Source of the DNA: an uncultured Gemmatimonadales bacterium
Lineage (GTDB): Bacteria > Gemmatimonadota > Gemmatimonadetes > Longimicrobiales > Longimicrobiaceae
Length of the DNA stretch: 64,000 nt
Assembly (NCBI GenBank): GCA_963716255.1
Contig: OY970303.1
Location: 1,952,001-2,016,000, forward strand
Reading direction: 5' to 3'
The position numbers were made by a program, and so were the translations under genes. This document shows, piece by piece, positions 48,132-57,676 of the stretch (within the stretch, counting starts at the first letter, position 1; every line of letters begins with the position of its first letter). The notes beneath the pieces were generated by a model. It saw nothing but the letters and a program-made list of their open reading frames with translations. It had not been told where the DNA came from and did no database searches.

Positions 48132-51100
48132 TTACGGGGTGACGGTCACGTTGAAGCCGATGCTGCGCGCCGTCGGGAGCTGGCCGAACTCGATGCCCTG
48201 CTGGTTGCCGGCGGAGAACGCCGTCTCGGGATCGATGTGCGGCGCGTCCGTCCAGAGCGCCAGGTTGCGGCCCACCAGCGAGAGGTTCATCCCGGACAGG
48301 CCCACGCGGCGGGTCAGCGTCCCCGGCACGTTGTAGCCCAGCTTGACCTCGCGCAGCTTCACGAAGCTGGCGTCGTAGATCCACGCCTCGTGCAGCTGGA
48401 AGAGCACGTCCTGCAGGAGCTTCGGGTCCACCCGCTGGGTGTTCGGCTGGCCGCTCTCGGTCACGCCCTCGAACAGGTAGCCGTTGGTGGCGCAGGTGTT
48501 CCCGCCGTCGGACGCCGGGAAGTTGCAGCGGCCCTCGACCGACTCCTCGAGCACGCCGGCGTAGTTGCCGAACATGTTCGTGACGGAGAAGATCTCGCCG
48601 CCCTGCTTGGTGTCCACCAGGAAGCTCAGGTCCAGGTTGCGGAAGCGCAGCGTGCTGCCGATGCTGCCGCTCCAGTCCGGCGTGTAGGACCCCAGCACCT
48701 GCGGCCCGGCCGCGATGGTCGGGAAGCCGTCCGCGTCCACGATGATGCGGCCCTGCTCGTCGCGGTTGAACGCGGCGCCGTACAGCGCGCCGTACGCCTC
48801 GTCCTTGCGGGCCTGCACCAGGAGGCCCCAGTAGCCGGTCCCGTTCAGCGAGACCGCCGGCAGGTCGCCGTACAGGTCCTCGACCTGGTTCTTGTTGCGG
48901 GCGTAGTTGACCGTCACGTCCCACTCGAACCCGTTGTCCAGGCGCACCGGCGTGGCCGAGAGCTGGAGCTCGACGCCGCGGTTGCTGATCGTCCCGGCGT
49001 TCAGGATCTGCTCCTGGAAGCCCGAGGCTCCGGAGACCGTCGCCGAGAGGATCTGGTTGGCGGTGCTCTGGTCGTAGTAGGTCACGTCCACGCCCAGCCG
49101 GTCCTCGAGGAACCGGAACTCGGCGCCCGCCTCCCAAGAGGTGGTCTCCTCCGGCTTCAGGTTCACGTTGGGGATGGCGTTGGGCACCGCGTAGCGCGGG
49201 ATGGTGCCGAACGGAGTCCCGGCCGTGTACGTCAGCGAGGTCTGGTACGGATCGGCGTCGTTGCCCACGCGCGCCCAGCTCGCCCGCACCTTGCCGAAGG
49301 ACAGCACGCTGCCCAGGAAGGACGGGAACGCGTCCGTGAAGACGAAGCTCGACGAGATGGACGGGTAGAAGTACGAGTTGTTCCCCGCCGGCAGCGTCGA
49401 GGACCAGTCGTTACGGCCGGTCACGTCCACGAACCAGAAGTCGTTGAACGCGAACTGCGCCTGCCCGTACAGCGAGTTGATCTGCTTCTCGCGCGACTCG
49501 GCGAACAGCGTCGGCCGGGTCGAGGAGTTGGTGATGTTGTACACGCCCGGCACGACCAGGTCGTACGCCGACTCCTCGTTGTAGCGGAAGTCGTACACGC
49601 GCCGGTTGCCGCCGAAGTTGAACGTCAGCCCCAGGGCGGTGCCCAGGTCCCGGTTCGCGGTCAGCAGGAAGTCCGTGTTGTTTTCCTGCGTGAAGATGTT
49701 CTCTTCCTCGAACCCGCCCGACACGGGGCTCGCCGTCATCGCGATGGTGCCCGGGGCGTAGTGGCGCCGGCGGTAGTCGCGGTACCAGTCGGTCCCGGAG
49801 CGGACCATGGCGTTCAGCCACGGGGTGAACTGGTAGCTCGCCTGCACGTTCCCGATGACGCGGTCACGCTCATCGAAGTTGTTGTCGAGCTGGGCGACCC
49901 AGTACGGGTTGTTGTGGTAGTTGTGGTTCCAGTTGTACTGGCCGAGGCTCTCGTCGCGGAGCTGGGTGAGAAGCCCGGTGTCGACCGTGCGGCCGAACCA
50001 CACGAACTGCTCCATGACGTTGGTCGCGTCGTAGCCGGTGCCCGGGCGGTTCTTGCCATCGGTGGCGATGTACTGCACCGAGGCGTCCGCGCGCAGCTTG
50101 TCGGTCAGGTTGATCCCGCCGTTGAGCGCGCCGGTGAGCCGGTTCAGCTCGTTGCTGGGGTACATGCCGTCCTGGTCCATGTTGGTCAAGGACAGGCGGA
50201 CGTTCGCCCGGTCGTTGCTCGTGGCGAGCGCCACGTTGGTGGTCAGCGTGCGGCCGGTGTCGAAGAAGTTGCGCACGTTGTCCGGCTGGCAGACGAACGG
50301 AGCCGGCTGGCCGCCGCTGAAGAACTGCGGGATCATGCGGCCGTCGCAGCGCGGGCCCCAGCTCTCGTCCACGCCGTCGTTGGTCCCGCCGCCGGCGCCG
50401 TCCACGTACGCAAACTGGCCCTCGGCGCCCTGGCCGAAGGTGTTCTGGTACTCGGGGAGGCGGAGCGGGTCCTCGAAGCTGACGTTCTGCGTCACCGAGA
50501 TGCCCAGGCCGCGGGAGTTCTTCCCGGACTTGGTGGTGATCACGATGGCCCCGTTGGCCGCGCGGGAGCCGTACAGCGCCGCCGCGTTCGGGCCCTTGAG
50601 GACGGTGATCGACTCGATGTCGTTGGGGTTGACGTCCGACGCCGCGTTGCCGTAGTCGTAGCCGCCGTAGCCCACGCGGTCGGGCTGCGTCCGCGCGATC
50701 GGGTTGGTCGGGAACGAGTTGTCGATCGGCACGCCGTCGACGATGAAGAGCGGCTGGTTATTGCCCTTGATGGAGCTGGCCCCGCGGATGACCACGCGCG
50801 AAGAGCCGCCCTGCGGGCCGGCGTTGGTGACCTCGAGACCCGAGACCTTGCCCGCGAGGGCGTTGACGATGTTGGTCTCGCGCGCCTCGGTCAGGTCCTC
50901 GCCGCGCACGCTCTGCACCGCCGTGCCGACGGCCTTCTCCTGCTGCGTGATGCCCAGGGCGGTCACCACCAGCCCCTCGAGCGCCACCGCCTGCGAGCCC
51001 AGGCTGGCATTCACCGTGTTCCCGGTGATCGCGGCCTCTTCGCTGGTGACGGCCTGGCCGGAGAAGACCAGCCGCTGCGCGCCCGTGGGCACGGTGATGG

Positions 51101-51284
51101 TGTAGCGTCCGTTCTCGTCCGTGACGGCACGCACGTTGGTGCCCTTCACGGTGACCACCACGCCGGCGAGCGGGCTGCCCGCGTCGGACGTCACGGTCCC
51201 TGTGACCACACGGTCCTGCGCCCACGCGTGCTCGCTCCCGAGCACCAGGCAGGCCGTGGTCACGACCATTAGCAGTTTCTTCAT
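48132..51284 (-). CDS. SusC/RagA family TonB-dependent transporter
   Basis: VVTALGI, QPLFIVDGVP, DIESITVLKGPNAAALYGSRAANGAIVITTK, RNDWSSTL, LKPEETTSWE. Confidence 0.95.
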   Translation of the reverse strand: MKKLLMVVTTACLVLGSEHAWAQDRVVTGTVTSDAGSPLAGVVVTVKGTNVRAVTDENGRYTITVPTGAQRLVFSGQAVTSEEAAITGNTVNASLGSQAVALEGLVVTALGITQQEKAVGTAVQSVRGEDLTEARETNIVNALAGKVSGLEVTNAGPQGGSSRVVIRGASSIKGNNQPLFIVDGVPIDNSFPTNPIARTQPDRVGYGGYDYGNAASDVNPNDIESITVLKGPNAAALYGSRAANGAIVITTKSGKNSRGLGISVTQNVSFEDPLRLPEYQNTFGQGAEGQFAYVDGAGGGTNDGVDESWGPRCDGRMIPQFFSGGQPAPFVCQPDNVRNFFDTGRTLTTNVALATSNDRANVRLSLTNMDQDGMYPSNELNRLTGALNGGINLTDKLRADASVQYIATDGKNRPGTGYDATNVMEQFVWFGRTVDTGLLTQLRDESLGQYNWNHNYHNNPYWVAQLDNNFDERDRVIGNVQASYQFTPWLNAMVRSGTDWYRDYRRRHYAPGTIAMTASPVSGGFEEENIFTQENNTDFLLTANRDLGTALGLTFNFGGNRRVYDFRYNEESAYDLVVPGVYNITNSSTRPTLFAESREKQINSLYGQAQFAFNDFWFVDVTGRNDWSSTLPAGNNSYFYPSISSSFVFTDAFPSFLGSVLSFGKVRASWARVGNDADPYQTSLTYTAGTPFGTIPRYAVPNAIPNVNLKPEETTSWEAGAEFRFLEDRLGVDVTYYDQSTANQILSATVSGASGFQEQILNAGTISNRGVELQLSATPVRLDNGFEWDVTVNYARNKNQVEDLYGDLPAVSLNGTGYWGLLVQARKDEAYGALYGAAFNRDEQGRIIVDADGFPTIAAGPQVLGSYTPDWSGSIGSTLRFRNLDLSFLVDTKQGGEIFSVTNMFGNYAGVLEESVEGRCNFPASDGGNTCATNGYLFEGVTESGQPNTQRVDPKLLQDVLFQLHEAWIYDASFVKLREVKLGYNVPGTLTRRVGLSGMNLSLVGRNLALWTDAPHIDPETAFSAGNQQGIEFGQLPTARSIGFNVTVTP

Positions 51285-51684
51285 CGTTGTCCTTGAGAAG
51301 AGATCATGACGAAGGTTCAAGCAGGACCCAGGTCGGGTCCCGCCGGAGCGCCGCCGTCGGCCGGGCCATGCCGCCACCGCCGCGCGACGCAACTGCGTCG
51401 GACTAGGTCTCGGTCATGGCGCGCCTCCTTGAAGAGAGTTCACGAGGTGGATCGCTGCTGCGGGCGGATACGACACGGGTGCGCCGGAGCGGGGGGCATG
51501 CACCCCGACTCAGGCGGACGGATCCGGAGGACCCGTGCGGGACCCGGCGTCGCGCGTATCGAAAGCCTGTACAGAATGGTCCGCAGACCCGGATTCTATG
51601 GAGGAAGAACCCCCGGACGGTGCCCTGCGCGATCGGCGTCGTTCCGAAACGAAGCTGCCCAGAGTACCGGAAAGGAGTCTTGCT

Positions 51685-51713
51685 ACTATAGAACGGCCGT
51701 CCGACCAAGTCAA
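51685..51713 (-). promoter_or_regulatory. Sigma70-type promoter for susCD
   Basis: Minus strand TTGACT-N17-TATAGT. Confidence 0.6.
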
Positions 51714-51811
51714 GAGCGGGTCACGGAAACGCAACCGGAGCATCGCCTTCACCAGCCATGCGTTTTATCTGTGCGCTCCGGCGGAGTCCTGGAGTGTGAG
51801 GCCGCGTCAGA

Positions 51812-51840
51812 TTGACAGCACGGATATTGCCGGGTAGCTT
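51812..51840 (+). promoter_or_regulatory. Sigma70-type promoter for the riboswitch-terC transcript
   Basis: TTGACA-N17-TAGCTT about 12 nt upstream of the riboswitch. Confidence 0.7.
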
Positions 51841-51852
51841 TCGCCGCTCACA

Positions 51853-51962
51853 GAAGGGGAGTAGCCTACCGGGGATCACCCCGGCGGCCGGATCGTCAAG
51901 ACTGCGGCTCGCGCCGCACGGTCCGGCCGGGACGGGAAGTGCTCCGTCAGGGCGAGACCTTC
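51853..51962 (+). ncRNA. yybP-ykoY (Mn2+) riboswitch
   Basis: AAGGGGAGTAGC...CGTCAAGACT...GGCGAGACCTT hallmarks upstream of a TerC/Alx gene; followed by a hairpin and T-tract at ~51980-52015. Confidence 0.85.
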
Positions 51963-52057
51963 GTTCCGGCGGTCGCTGCGGCGGCCGTCCAGGACGGGGG
52001 TCCGCCCTTTTTTTGCGTCCGTCATCGTCCTGCGAGATTCATCGACTGGAGGTCTTT

Positions 52058-53101
52058 TTGGACAGCTCAATCTGGCCGTGGGTGGGGTTCAACGCGCTCG
52101 TGCTCGTCCTGCTCGCCATCGACCTGGGCGTCTTCAACCGCACCGCGCACGTCGTCTCCGTCAAGGAAGCCGGCCGCTGGAGTGCGATCACCGTCGCCCT
52201 CGCCCTCGCCTTCGCCGGCTCCATCGCCGCCGGGGTGCTTCCGGTGGAGGGCGTCGGCGGGCACCAGGACGCGCTGGAGTTCATCACGGGCTACCTGATC
52301 GAGCTGGCGCTGTCGGTGGACAACATCTTCGTCTTCGTCCTCATCTTCTCGTACTTCAAGGTCCCGCCCAAGTACCAGCACCGCGTCCTCTTCTGGGGCG
52401 TCCTGGGCGCGCTGGTCATGCGCGGCACCATGATCGCGGCGGGCGCGTTCCTCATCGAGCGCTTCCACTGGATCATCTACGTCTTCGGAGCCTTCCTGGT
52501 GATCACCGGGATCCGGATGATGCGGCAGGAGGAGGAGGACATCGAGCCGGAGTCCAACCCCGCCATCAAGCTCGTCCGCCGCTTCGTCCCCATCACCCAC
52601 CAATACGACGGGCAGAAGTTCTTCACGCGGGAAAAGATCGGCGACCGCCTGCGCCGCGCGGCCACTCCGCTGTTCGTGGTGCTGGTGCTGGTGGAGACCA
52701 CCGACCTGATCTTCGCGCTGGACTCCATCCCGGCGATCTTCGCGGTCACCCGCGAGCCGTACCTGGTGTATACCTCCAACGTGTTCGCCATCCTCGCGCT
52801 GCGCTCCATGTACTTCGTGCTCGCTGGGGTGATCGACAAGTTCCACTTCCTCAAGCTCGGGCTTTCCATGGTGCTCATCTTCATCGGCGCGAAGATGCTC
52901 GCCACCGCCATCGACATCCACATCCCCATCGGGCTGTCGCTGGGCATCGTGGGGCTGGTGCTCGGGGGGTCCGTGGTCGCGTCGCTGATCTGGCCCAGGG
53001 AGGTGGAGGAGAACCCGCAGGTCAGTCACGATCCGCTCGACCCGTCCGACGACCCGCCCGGCGCCGTCATTCCCCCCACGGAGTCGTCCACGCGGAGCTG
53101 A
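52058..53101 (+). CDS. TerC/Alx family metal homeostasis membrane protein
   Basis: GGAGG plus TTG; GYLIELALSVDNIFVF, QHRVLFWG, ETTDLIFALDSIPA, TSNVFAILALR. Confidence 0.92.
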   Translation: MDSSIWPWVGFNALVLVLLAIDLGVFNRTAHVVSVKEAGRWSAITVALALAFAGSIAAGVLPVEGVGGHQDALEFITGYLIELALSVDNIFVFVLIFSYFKVPPKYQHRVLFWGVLGALVMRGTMIAAGAFLIERFHWIIYVFGAFLVITGIRMMRQEEEDIEPESNPAIKLVRRFVPITHQYDGQKFFTREKIGDRLRRAATPLFVVLVLVETTDLIFALDSIPAIFAVTREPYLVYTSNVFAILALRSMYFVLAGVIDKFHFLKLGLSMVLIFIGAKMLATAIDIHIPIGLSLGIVGLVLGGSVVASLIWPREVEENPQVSHDPLDPSDDPPGAVIPPTESSTRS

Positions 53102-53105
53102 CGGC

Positions 53106-53259
53106 ACGGCTTTGAACTGCGGGGTTGGGCGTGACCCCGGCTGGCGCCGGGGTCGGGCTTCGGCTCCGTAAAGCAGCAAACAACGCTGCTTAACGGAGTC
53201 GAGCCCCGGCGGAAACAACCCCGCCGGGTCTCGCCCCTTCGGGCCGTAATCCCTCACGC
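53106..53259 (+). repeat. Structured intergenic repeat, copy 10
   Basis: Consensus copy directly after the terC stop. Confidence 0.9.
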
Positions 53260-53396
53260 GACTGCCAAACCGAAGGGCCCCGCCGGCGTGTGCCGTGGGG
53301 CCCGTGTCGCATCACCATGATCCCGGACGGCGAAGGGCGGCGCCCCGGTGGGGTGCCGCCCTCGTGTTCGTCCGGCTGCTCAGCCGTCCGGTCCGG

Positions 53397-54923
53397 CTAG
53401 TCGGCGACGTTGCGCAGGCGGCTCTTGCGGTATCCGTAGGCGAAGTAGAGCACCAGCCCCACGGCGAGCCAGATGATGAAGCGCTCCCAGGTCACCCGGG
53501 GCAGCTGTACCATCAGGTAGCCGCACGACAGGATCGCGGCGGGGGCCACGAACCAGACGACGGGGGTCTTGAAGGGGCGGTGCCGGCCGGGATCGCGCAC
53601 GCGGAGCACCATTACCCCGAGCGCCACCAGCACGAAGGCGAAGAGCGTCCCGATGTTGGTGAGCTCGATCACCTCGTTGATGTTCGCGAAGGCCGCGAAG
53701 AACGCCACGAACGCGCCGGTGAGGATGGTGGTGACGTGCGGCGTCCGGTAGCGCGGGTGGAGCTTCGCGGCCCACTGCGGCAGCAGCCCGTCGCGCGCCA
53801 TGGAAAAGAAGATCCGCGGCTGGCCCAGCTGGAAGACCAGGAGCACCGAGGCCATGGAAACCACCGCGCCGAAGGAGATGATCGCGGCCGCCCAGTGGTA
53901 GCCGCGGTTCCCGAAGGCGCTCGCCAGCGGGTCCGCCGTGCCGTGCTGGTTCCACGGCACCAGCCCGGTGAGCACCAGCGTCACCACGATGTAGATCACG
54001 GAGGTGACCAGGAGCGACACGATCATCGCCCGCGGCATGTCCTTCTGCGGGTTCTTTGCCTCTTCCGCCGCGGTGGACACCGCGTCGAAGCCGATGTAGG
54101 CGAAGAAGATCAGCGCCGCGCCGGAGCTGATCCCGGCCCACCCGTTGGGGGCGAACGGCGTCCAGTTCTCCGGCCGCACCCAGAAGGCGCCCATGGCGAT
54201 GATGAACAGCAGGATGGCGAGCTTCAGCACCACCATCGCCGTGTTCGCCCACGCGCTCTCGCGGATCCCCACCACCAGCACCCAGGTGATCAGCCCCACG
54301 ATCAGGACCGCAGGCAGGTTGAAGATCACGTGTAGCCCGAAGAGGTCGGGGGCCGTGGTCCAGGCCCGCGCCGCCTCCACCACCGAGGCAGTGGTGATCG
54401 TGGGATCCGCCTGCAGCTGCTCGTACGCCTGGCGGGCCGTGCGCGGGTCCGTCGCCAGCCACTCGGGGAACCCCAGCCCGAAGCCGCGCAGCAGCGTCTG
54501 GAAGTACGCCGACCACGACACCGCAACCGCGATGTTCCCCACCGCGTACTCGATGATCAGGTCCCACCCGATGATCCACGCCACCAGCTCGCCGAGCGTC
54601 GCGTACGCGTACGTGTACGCGCTCCCCGCCTGGGGGACGAGGGCCGCGAACTCCGCGTAGCAGAGCGCCGCGAAGCCACAGGCGATGGCGACCAGGATGT
54701 AGGAGATCACCAGCGCCGGGCCCGCGCCCAGGTGGTTGGGTCCGCCGGAGATCGCCGTTCCCGCGCCGGAGAAGATCCCCGCCCCGATGATGGCGCCGAT
54801 CCCCAGGGAGGTGAGCTGCCAGACACCCAGCGAGCGCCGCAGGCCCGGCTCGACGTCGGTCTGCGGATCGACGTGCTCCGCTCGAGCCTCGCCGATTGGC
54901 TTTCTGCGTAAGAGTTGCGACAT
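53397..54923 (-). CDS. APC family amino acid permease
   Basis: GIGAIIGAGIF, YAEFAALVPQAGSAYTY, FFAYIGFD, RIFFSMARDGLLP. Confidence 0.93.
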   Translation of the reverse strand: MSQLLRRKPIGEARAEHVDPQTDVEPGLRRSLGVWQLTSLGIGAIIGAGIFSGAGTAISGGPNHLGAGPALVISYILVAIACGFAALCYAEFAALVPQAGSAYTYAYATLGELVAWIIGWDLIIEYAVGNIAVAVSWSAYFQTLLRGFGLGFPEWLATDPRTARQAYEQLQADPTITTASVVEAARAWTTAPDLFGLHVIFNLPAVLIVGLITWVLVVGIRESAWANTAMVVLKLAILLFIIAMGAFWVRPENWTPFAPNGWAGISSGAALIFFAYIGFDAVSTAAEEAKNPQKDMPRAMIVSLLVTSVIYIVVTLVLTGLVPWNQHGTADPLASAFGNRGYHWAAAIISFGAVVSMASVLLVFQLGQPRIFFSMARDGLLPQWAAKLHPRYRTPHVTTILTGAFVAFFAAFANINEVIELTNIGTLFAFVLVALGVMVLRVRDPGRHRPFKTPVVWFVAPAAILSCGYLMVQLPRVTWERFIIWLAVGLVLYFAYGYRKSRLRNVAD

Positions 54924-55037
54924 GGAGGAGGACGGGAAACGGTGGGGGTGGACGCACGCGCGGCGGATGACGAGGCCGTCACCCGCCGCGACCGGACCGA
55001 ATCTACGCGCCGCCCGCCGCGATTCGCAACGGGAGCG

Positions 55038-56417
55038 TCACGCGCCCCGGGGGATGACCCCGCCGGAGCCGTGCGGTGCAGGCACGCCCTCGGACGTCCC
55101 GAGGGGGGCGTTCGGGTCGCCCAGCGCCGCGTCGACCAGCTCGCCCGGACCCGCGGGGACGCCCGGGGTGAACTCGCCCTCCCATCGGGCCATCACCGCC
55201 GTCGCCAGGCAGTTGCCCACCAGGTTCACCGTGGTGCGGGCCATGTCCATCAGCTCGTCCACGGCAAGGATCACGGTGATCGCGGCCAGCGGGAGGTGGA
55301 AGGCCGTCAGCGTCCCCGACAGGATCACCAGCGACGCCCGCGGAACCGCGGCGACGCCCTTGCTCGTGAGCATCAGGGTGAGCATCATCGCCGCCTGCTG
55401 CCCGTAGCTGAGCTCCACTCCCGCCGCCTGGGCCACGAACACGCTGGCGAGCGCCAGGTAGAGCGTGCTCCCATCCAGGTTGAAGGAATAGCCGGTGGGC
55501 ATCACGAACGCGACGATCCGCCGCGGCACGCCGAAGGCCTCCATGCGCTGCATCGCCAGCGGGAGCGCCGCGTCGGAGCTGGTGGTGGAGAAGGCGATCA
55601 GCGCCGGCTCGCGGATCTGGCGCAGGAAGGGGATCACCGGCACCCGGGCGAGCAGCGCGGCGGGAAGCAGCCCCACCAGCGCGAACACCACCAGCGCGGC
55701 GTACAGCGTCAGCACCAGCTTGAGCAGCGGGAGCAGCACCGCGATGCCGCTGTGCGCGACGGTGGAGGCGATCGCCGCGCCCACCCCGATGGGGACGAAG
55801 CGCATGACGATGGCCACCAGCTTGAACATCGTCTCCGCCAGCCCCTCCGCGAAGGAGAGCACCGCGAGCTTGGCCGGGCCGCGCACCTTGGTGAGCGCCA
55901 CGGCGAAGAGAATGGAGAAGAAGACGATCTGCAGGACGTTGTTGGTGGCCAGCGCGTCCACGAAGCTGGTGGGAACCACCTCGCGGACGTGGTCGGCGAA
56001 GCTCTTCACCTGCGCCAGCTGCGGCGCGCCGCCCGCGGCCTCGGCGGCGCGGATCGCCGCCATGAGCCGCGGATCGTCGCCGGGCCGCACCAGGTTGACG
56101 GCCACCAGCCCCACCAGCAGGGCGACGGTGGTGACGATCTCGAAGTAGAGGATGGATCGGAAGGCGAGCCGCCCCACCTTCTTCAGGTCGTCCCCGTGCC
56201 CCGCGATCCCGATCACGAGCGTGGAGAACAGGATCGGCGCGATGATCATCTTGATCATGCGCACGAACAGGTCCGAGAGCAGCTTGAGGTCGCTCGCGGC
56301 CCAGCCGCCGTGCAGCGCCCGCTCCCCGTCGGGGAAGGTCACGCCCAGCAGGGCGCCCAGGCCCATGCCGACGAAGATCCACTGCGTGAGCGTGATCCGC
56401 CGGAGAAGTTTCCACAT
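55038..56417 (-). CDS. Dicarboxylate/amino acid:cation symporter (GltP/DctA family)
   Basis: AFSTTSSDAALP, PTGYSFNLDGS, TSKGVAAVPR, DMARTTVN. Confidence 0.93.
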   Translation of the reverse strand: MWKLLRRITLTQWIFVGMGLGALLGVTFPDGERALHGGWAASDLKLLSDLFVRMIKMIIAPILFSTLVIGIAGHGDDLKKVGRLAFRSILYFEIVTTVALLVGLVAVNLVRPGDDPRLMAAIRAAEAAGGAPQLAQVKSFADHVREVVPTSFVDALATNNVLQIVFFSILFAVALTKVRGPAKLAVLSFAEGLAETMFKLVAIVMRFVPIGVGAAIASTVAHSGIAVLLPLLKLVLTLYAALVVFALVGLLPAALLARVPVIPFLRQIREPALIAFSTTSSDAALPLAMQRMEAFGVPRRIVAFVMPTGYSFNLDGSTLYLALASVFVAQAAGVELSYGQQAAMMLTLMLTSKGVAAVPRASLVILSGTLTAFHLPLAAITVILAVDELMDMARTTVNLVGNCLATAVMARWEGEFTPGVPAGPGELVDAALGDPNAPLGTSEGVPAPHGSGGVIPRGA

Positions 56418-56654
56418 CGCGCGTGTTCCGCGGAAATCGTGAACGATGGAGCGCCACCGCGGTGCGGCGGACGGAGCGACGGGGGAGCCGGGCGGCCCGG
56501 CCAAAAAAGCGGCTGCCCTTCGAGAGCCCGAAGCGGCAGCCACAGGGGGAAGAGTCTAGCGTGTTTGCCCAGCTGCAGCAACCACCCCGCCCCCACGCGG
56601 TCTCAGGGCTCCGGCGTCCGCGGGACCCCTCCCACCACCTCCACCCCGTGAAAG

Positions 56655-56693
56655 GCTCCGGCCCCCCGGGAAAAGTTCCCGGGGGGCCGGAGC
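56655..56693. terminator. Hairpin downstream of the tonB-exb operon
   Basis: GCTCCGGCCCCCCGGGAA-aag-TTCCCGGGGGGCCGGAGC. Confidence 0.65.
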
Positions 56694-56713
56694 AATTCGG
56701 ACCGCGCGTACCG

Positions 56714-57163
56714 TCAGGTCGTGGGAGCTGGAGCCACCGCCGCCCCGGCCGGAGCGGCGCGGGGCACGAGGCCCACGATCTCGATACCCGCCGCGCGGGT
56801 GGCGTCGATGGCGTAGATCACCTGTCCGTAGGTCAGGTTCTCCGCGCCCTTGACGAAGATGACCTTGCGGGGGCGCGGCGCGAACACCTCCTGGATCCGC
56901 GCCTGCAGGTTCTCCTGCGCGATCGGCTCCTGGTTCAGAAAGAACTGCGGACCGGGCTGGATGTCCAGCACGATCTGGTCGATCTGCTGGGCGACTTCCT
57001 GCTTCTCCTTCTTGACGGGCGGAACCTGCACCGACACGCCGCGCTGTAGACCCTGCTGCACCACCATGAAGATGATGAGCAGCACCAGCAGCACGTCGAT
57101 CATGGGGGTCATGTTGATGTCCGCCTGCGGCCCCCCCTTCCTGCCGCCCACTCCCATTGCCAT
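56714..57163 (-). CDS. exbD: ExbD/TolR family protein
   Basis: INMTPMIDVLLVLLIIFMV. Confidence 0.92.
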   Translation of the reverse strand: MAMGVGGRKGGPQADINMTPMIDVLLVLLIIFMVVQQGLQRGVSVQVPPVKKEKQEVAQQIDQIVLDIQPGPQFFLNQEPIAQENLQARIQEVFAPRPRKVIFVKGAENLTYGQVIYAIDATRAAGIEIVGLVPRAAPAGAAVAPAPTT

Positions 57164-57184
57164 AAGGCTAGTCTCCTCGCGTAC

Positions 57185-57673
57185 TCAGGTGCCCGGCTTG
57201 GGCGTGACGCCCTTCGGGAGCTCGGTGATCGCGCCGATCTTGCTGACCTCGGCCTCGCGGGCGGCGTCGATCGCGGTCAGCACCTTGTCGTAGCCCACAC
57301 CCTGGTCGGCCTTCATGTACAGGATGTGGTCCTCCGGATCACGGGTCGAGTACGCGTCCCGGAGCCGCGCCGCGAGCTGCGAGGCCGGAATGGGGCCCGG
57401 GTTCGGCACGTCCTCGATGAAGTACTGCCCCTTGGCGTCGATGCCCAGCGTCACCCGGTCGTCCTTCTCCGGCGCGGCGGTGCGCGCCTTGGGGAGAACG
57501 GCGGTGTACCCGGCAAGGGCCGGAGTGACGACCATGAAGATGATCAGGAGCACCAGCATGACGTCGATCATGGGCGTCACGTTGATGTCCGCGTTCACGT
57601 CGGCGTCCATCCCGGCCACGCTGGGGAGCGGAGAGCCCCCGAAGGAGGCCCCGCCGCCGATCTTGCCCGCCAC
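57185..57673 (-). CDS. exbD: ExbD/TolR family protein
   Basis: INVTPMIDVMLVLLIIFMV, KADQGVGY. Confidence 0.92.
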   Translation of the reverse strand: MAGKIGGGASFGGSPLPSVAGMDADVNADINVTPMIDVMLVLLIIFMVVTPALAGYTAVLPKARTAAPEKDDRVTLGIDAKGQYFIEDVPNPGPIPASQLAARLRDAYSTRDPEDHILYMKADQGVGYDKVLTAIDAAREAEVSKIGAITELPKGVTPKPGT

Positions 57674-57676
57674 CCG

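Noticed and set aside
46215..51272. Very long ORFs such as 46215-51272(+), 29712-33779(+), 26839-31839(-) and the 5' part of 8833-12258(+)
   Set aside because: Antisense or off-frame shadows of real genes in high-GC DNA; Arg/Gly/Pro/Ala-rich, no motifs.
7698..53259. Repeat family as a CRISPR array or a repeated protein domain (RVRDFGPKGRDP, YGAEARPRR peptides in the ORF track)
   Set aside because: Copies are dispersed with no repeat-spacer periodicity or cas genes; the peptides arise in varying frames, and conservation follows base pairing rather than codons.
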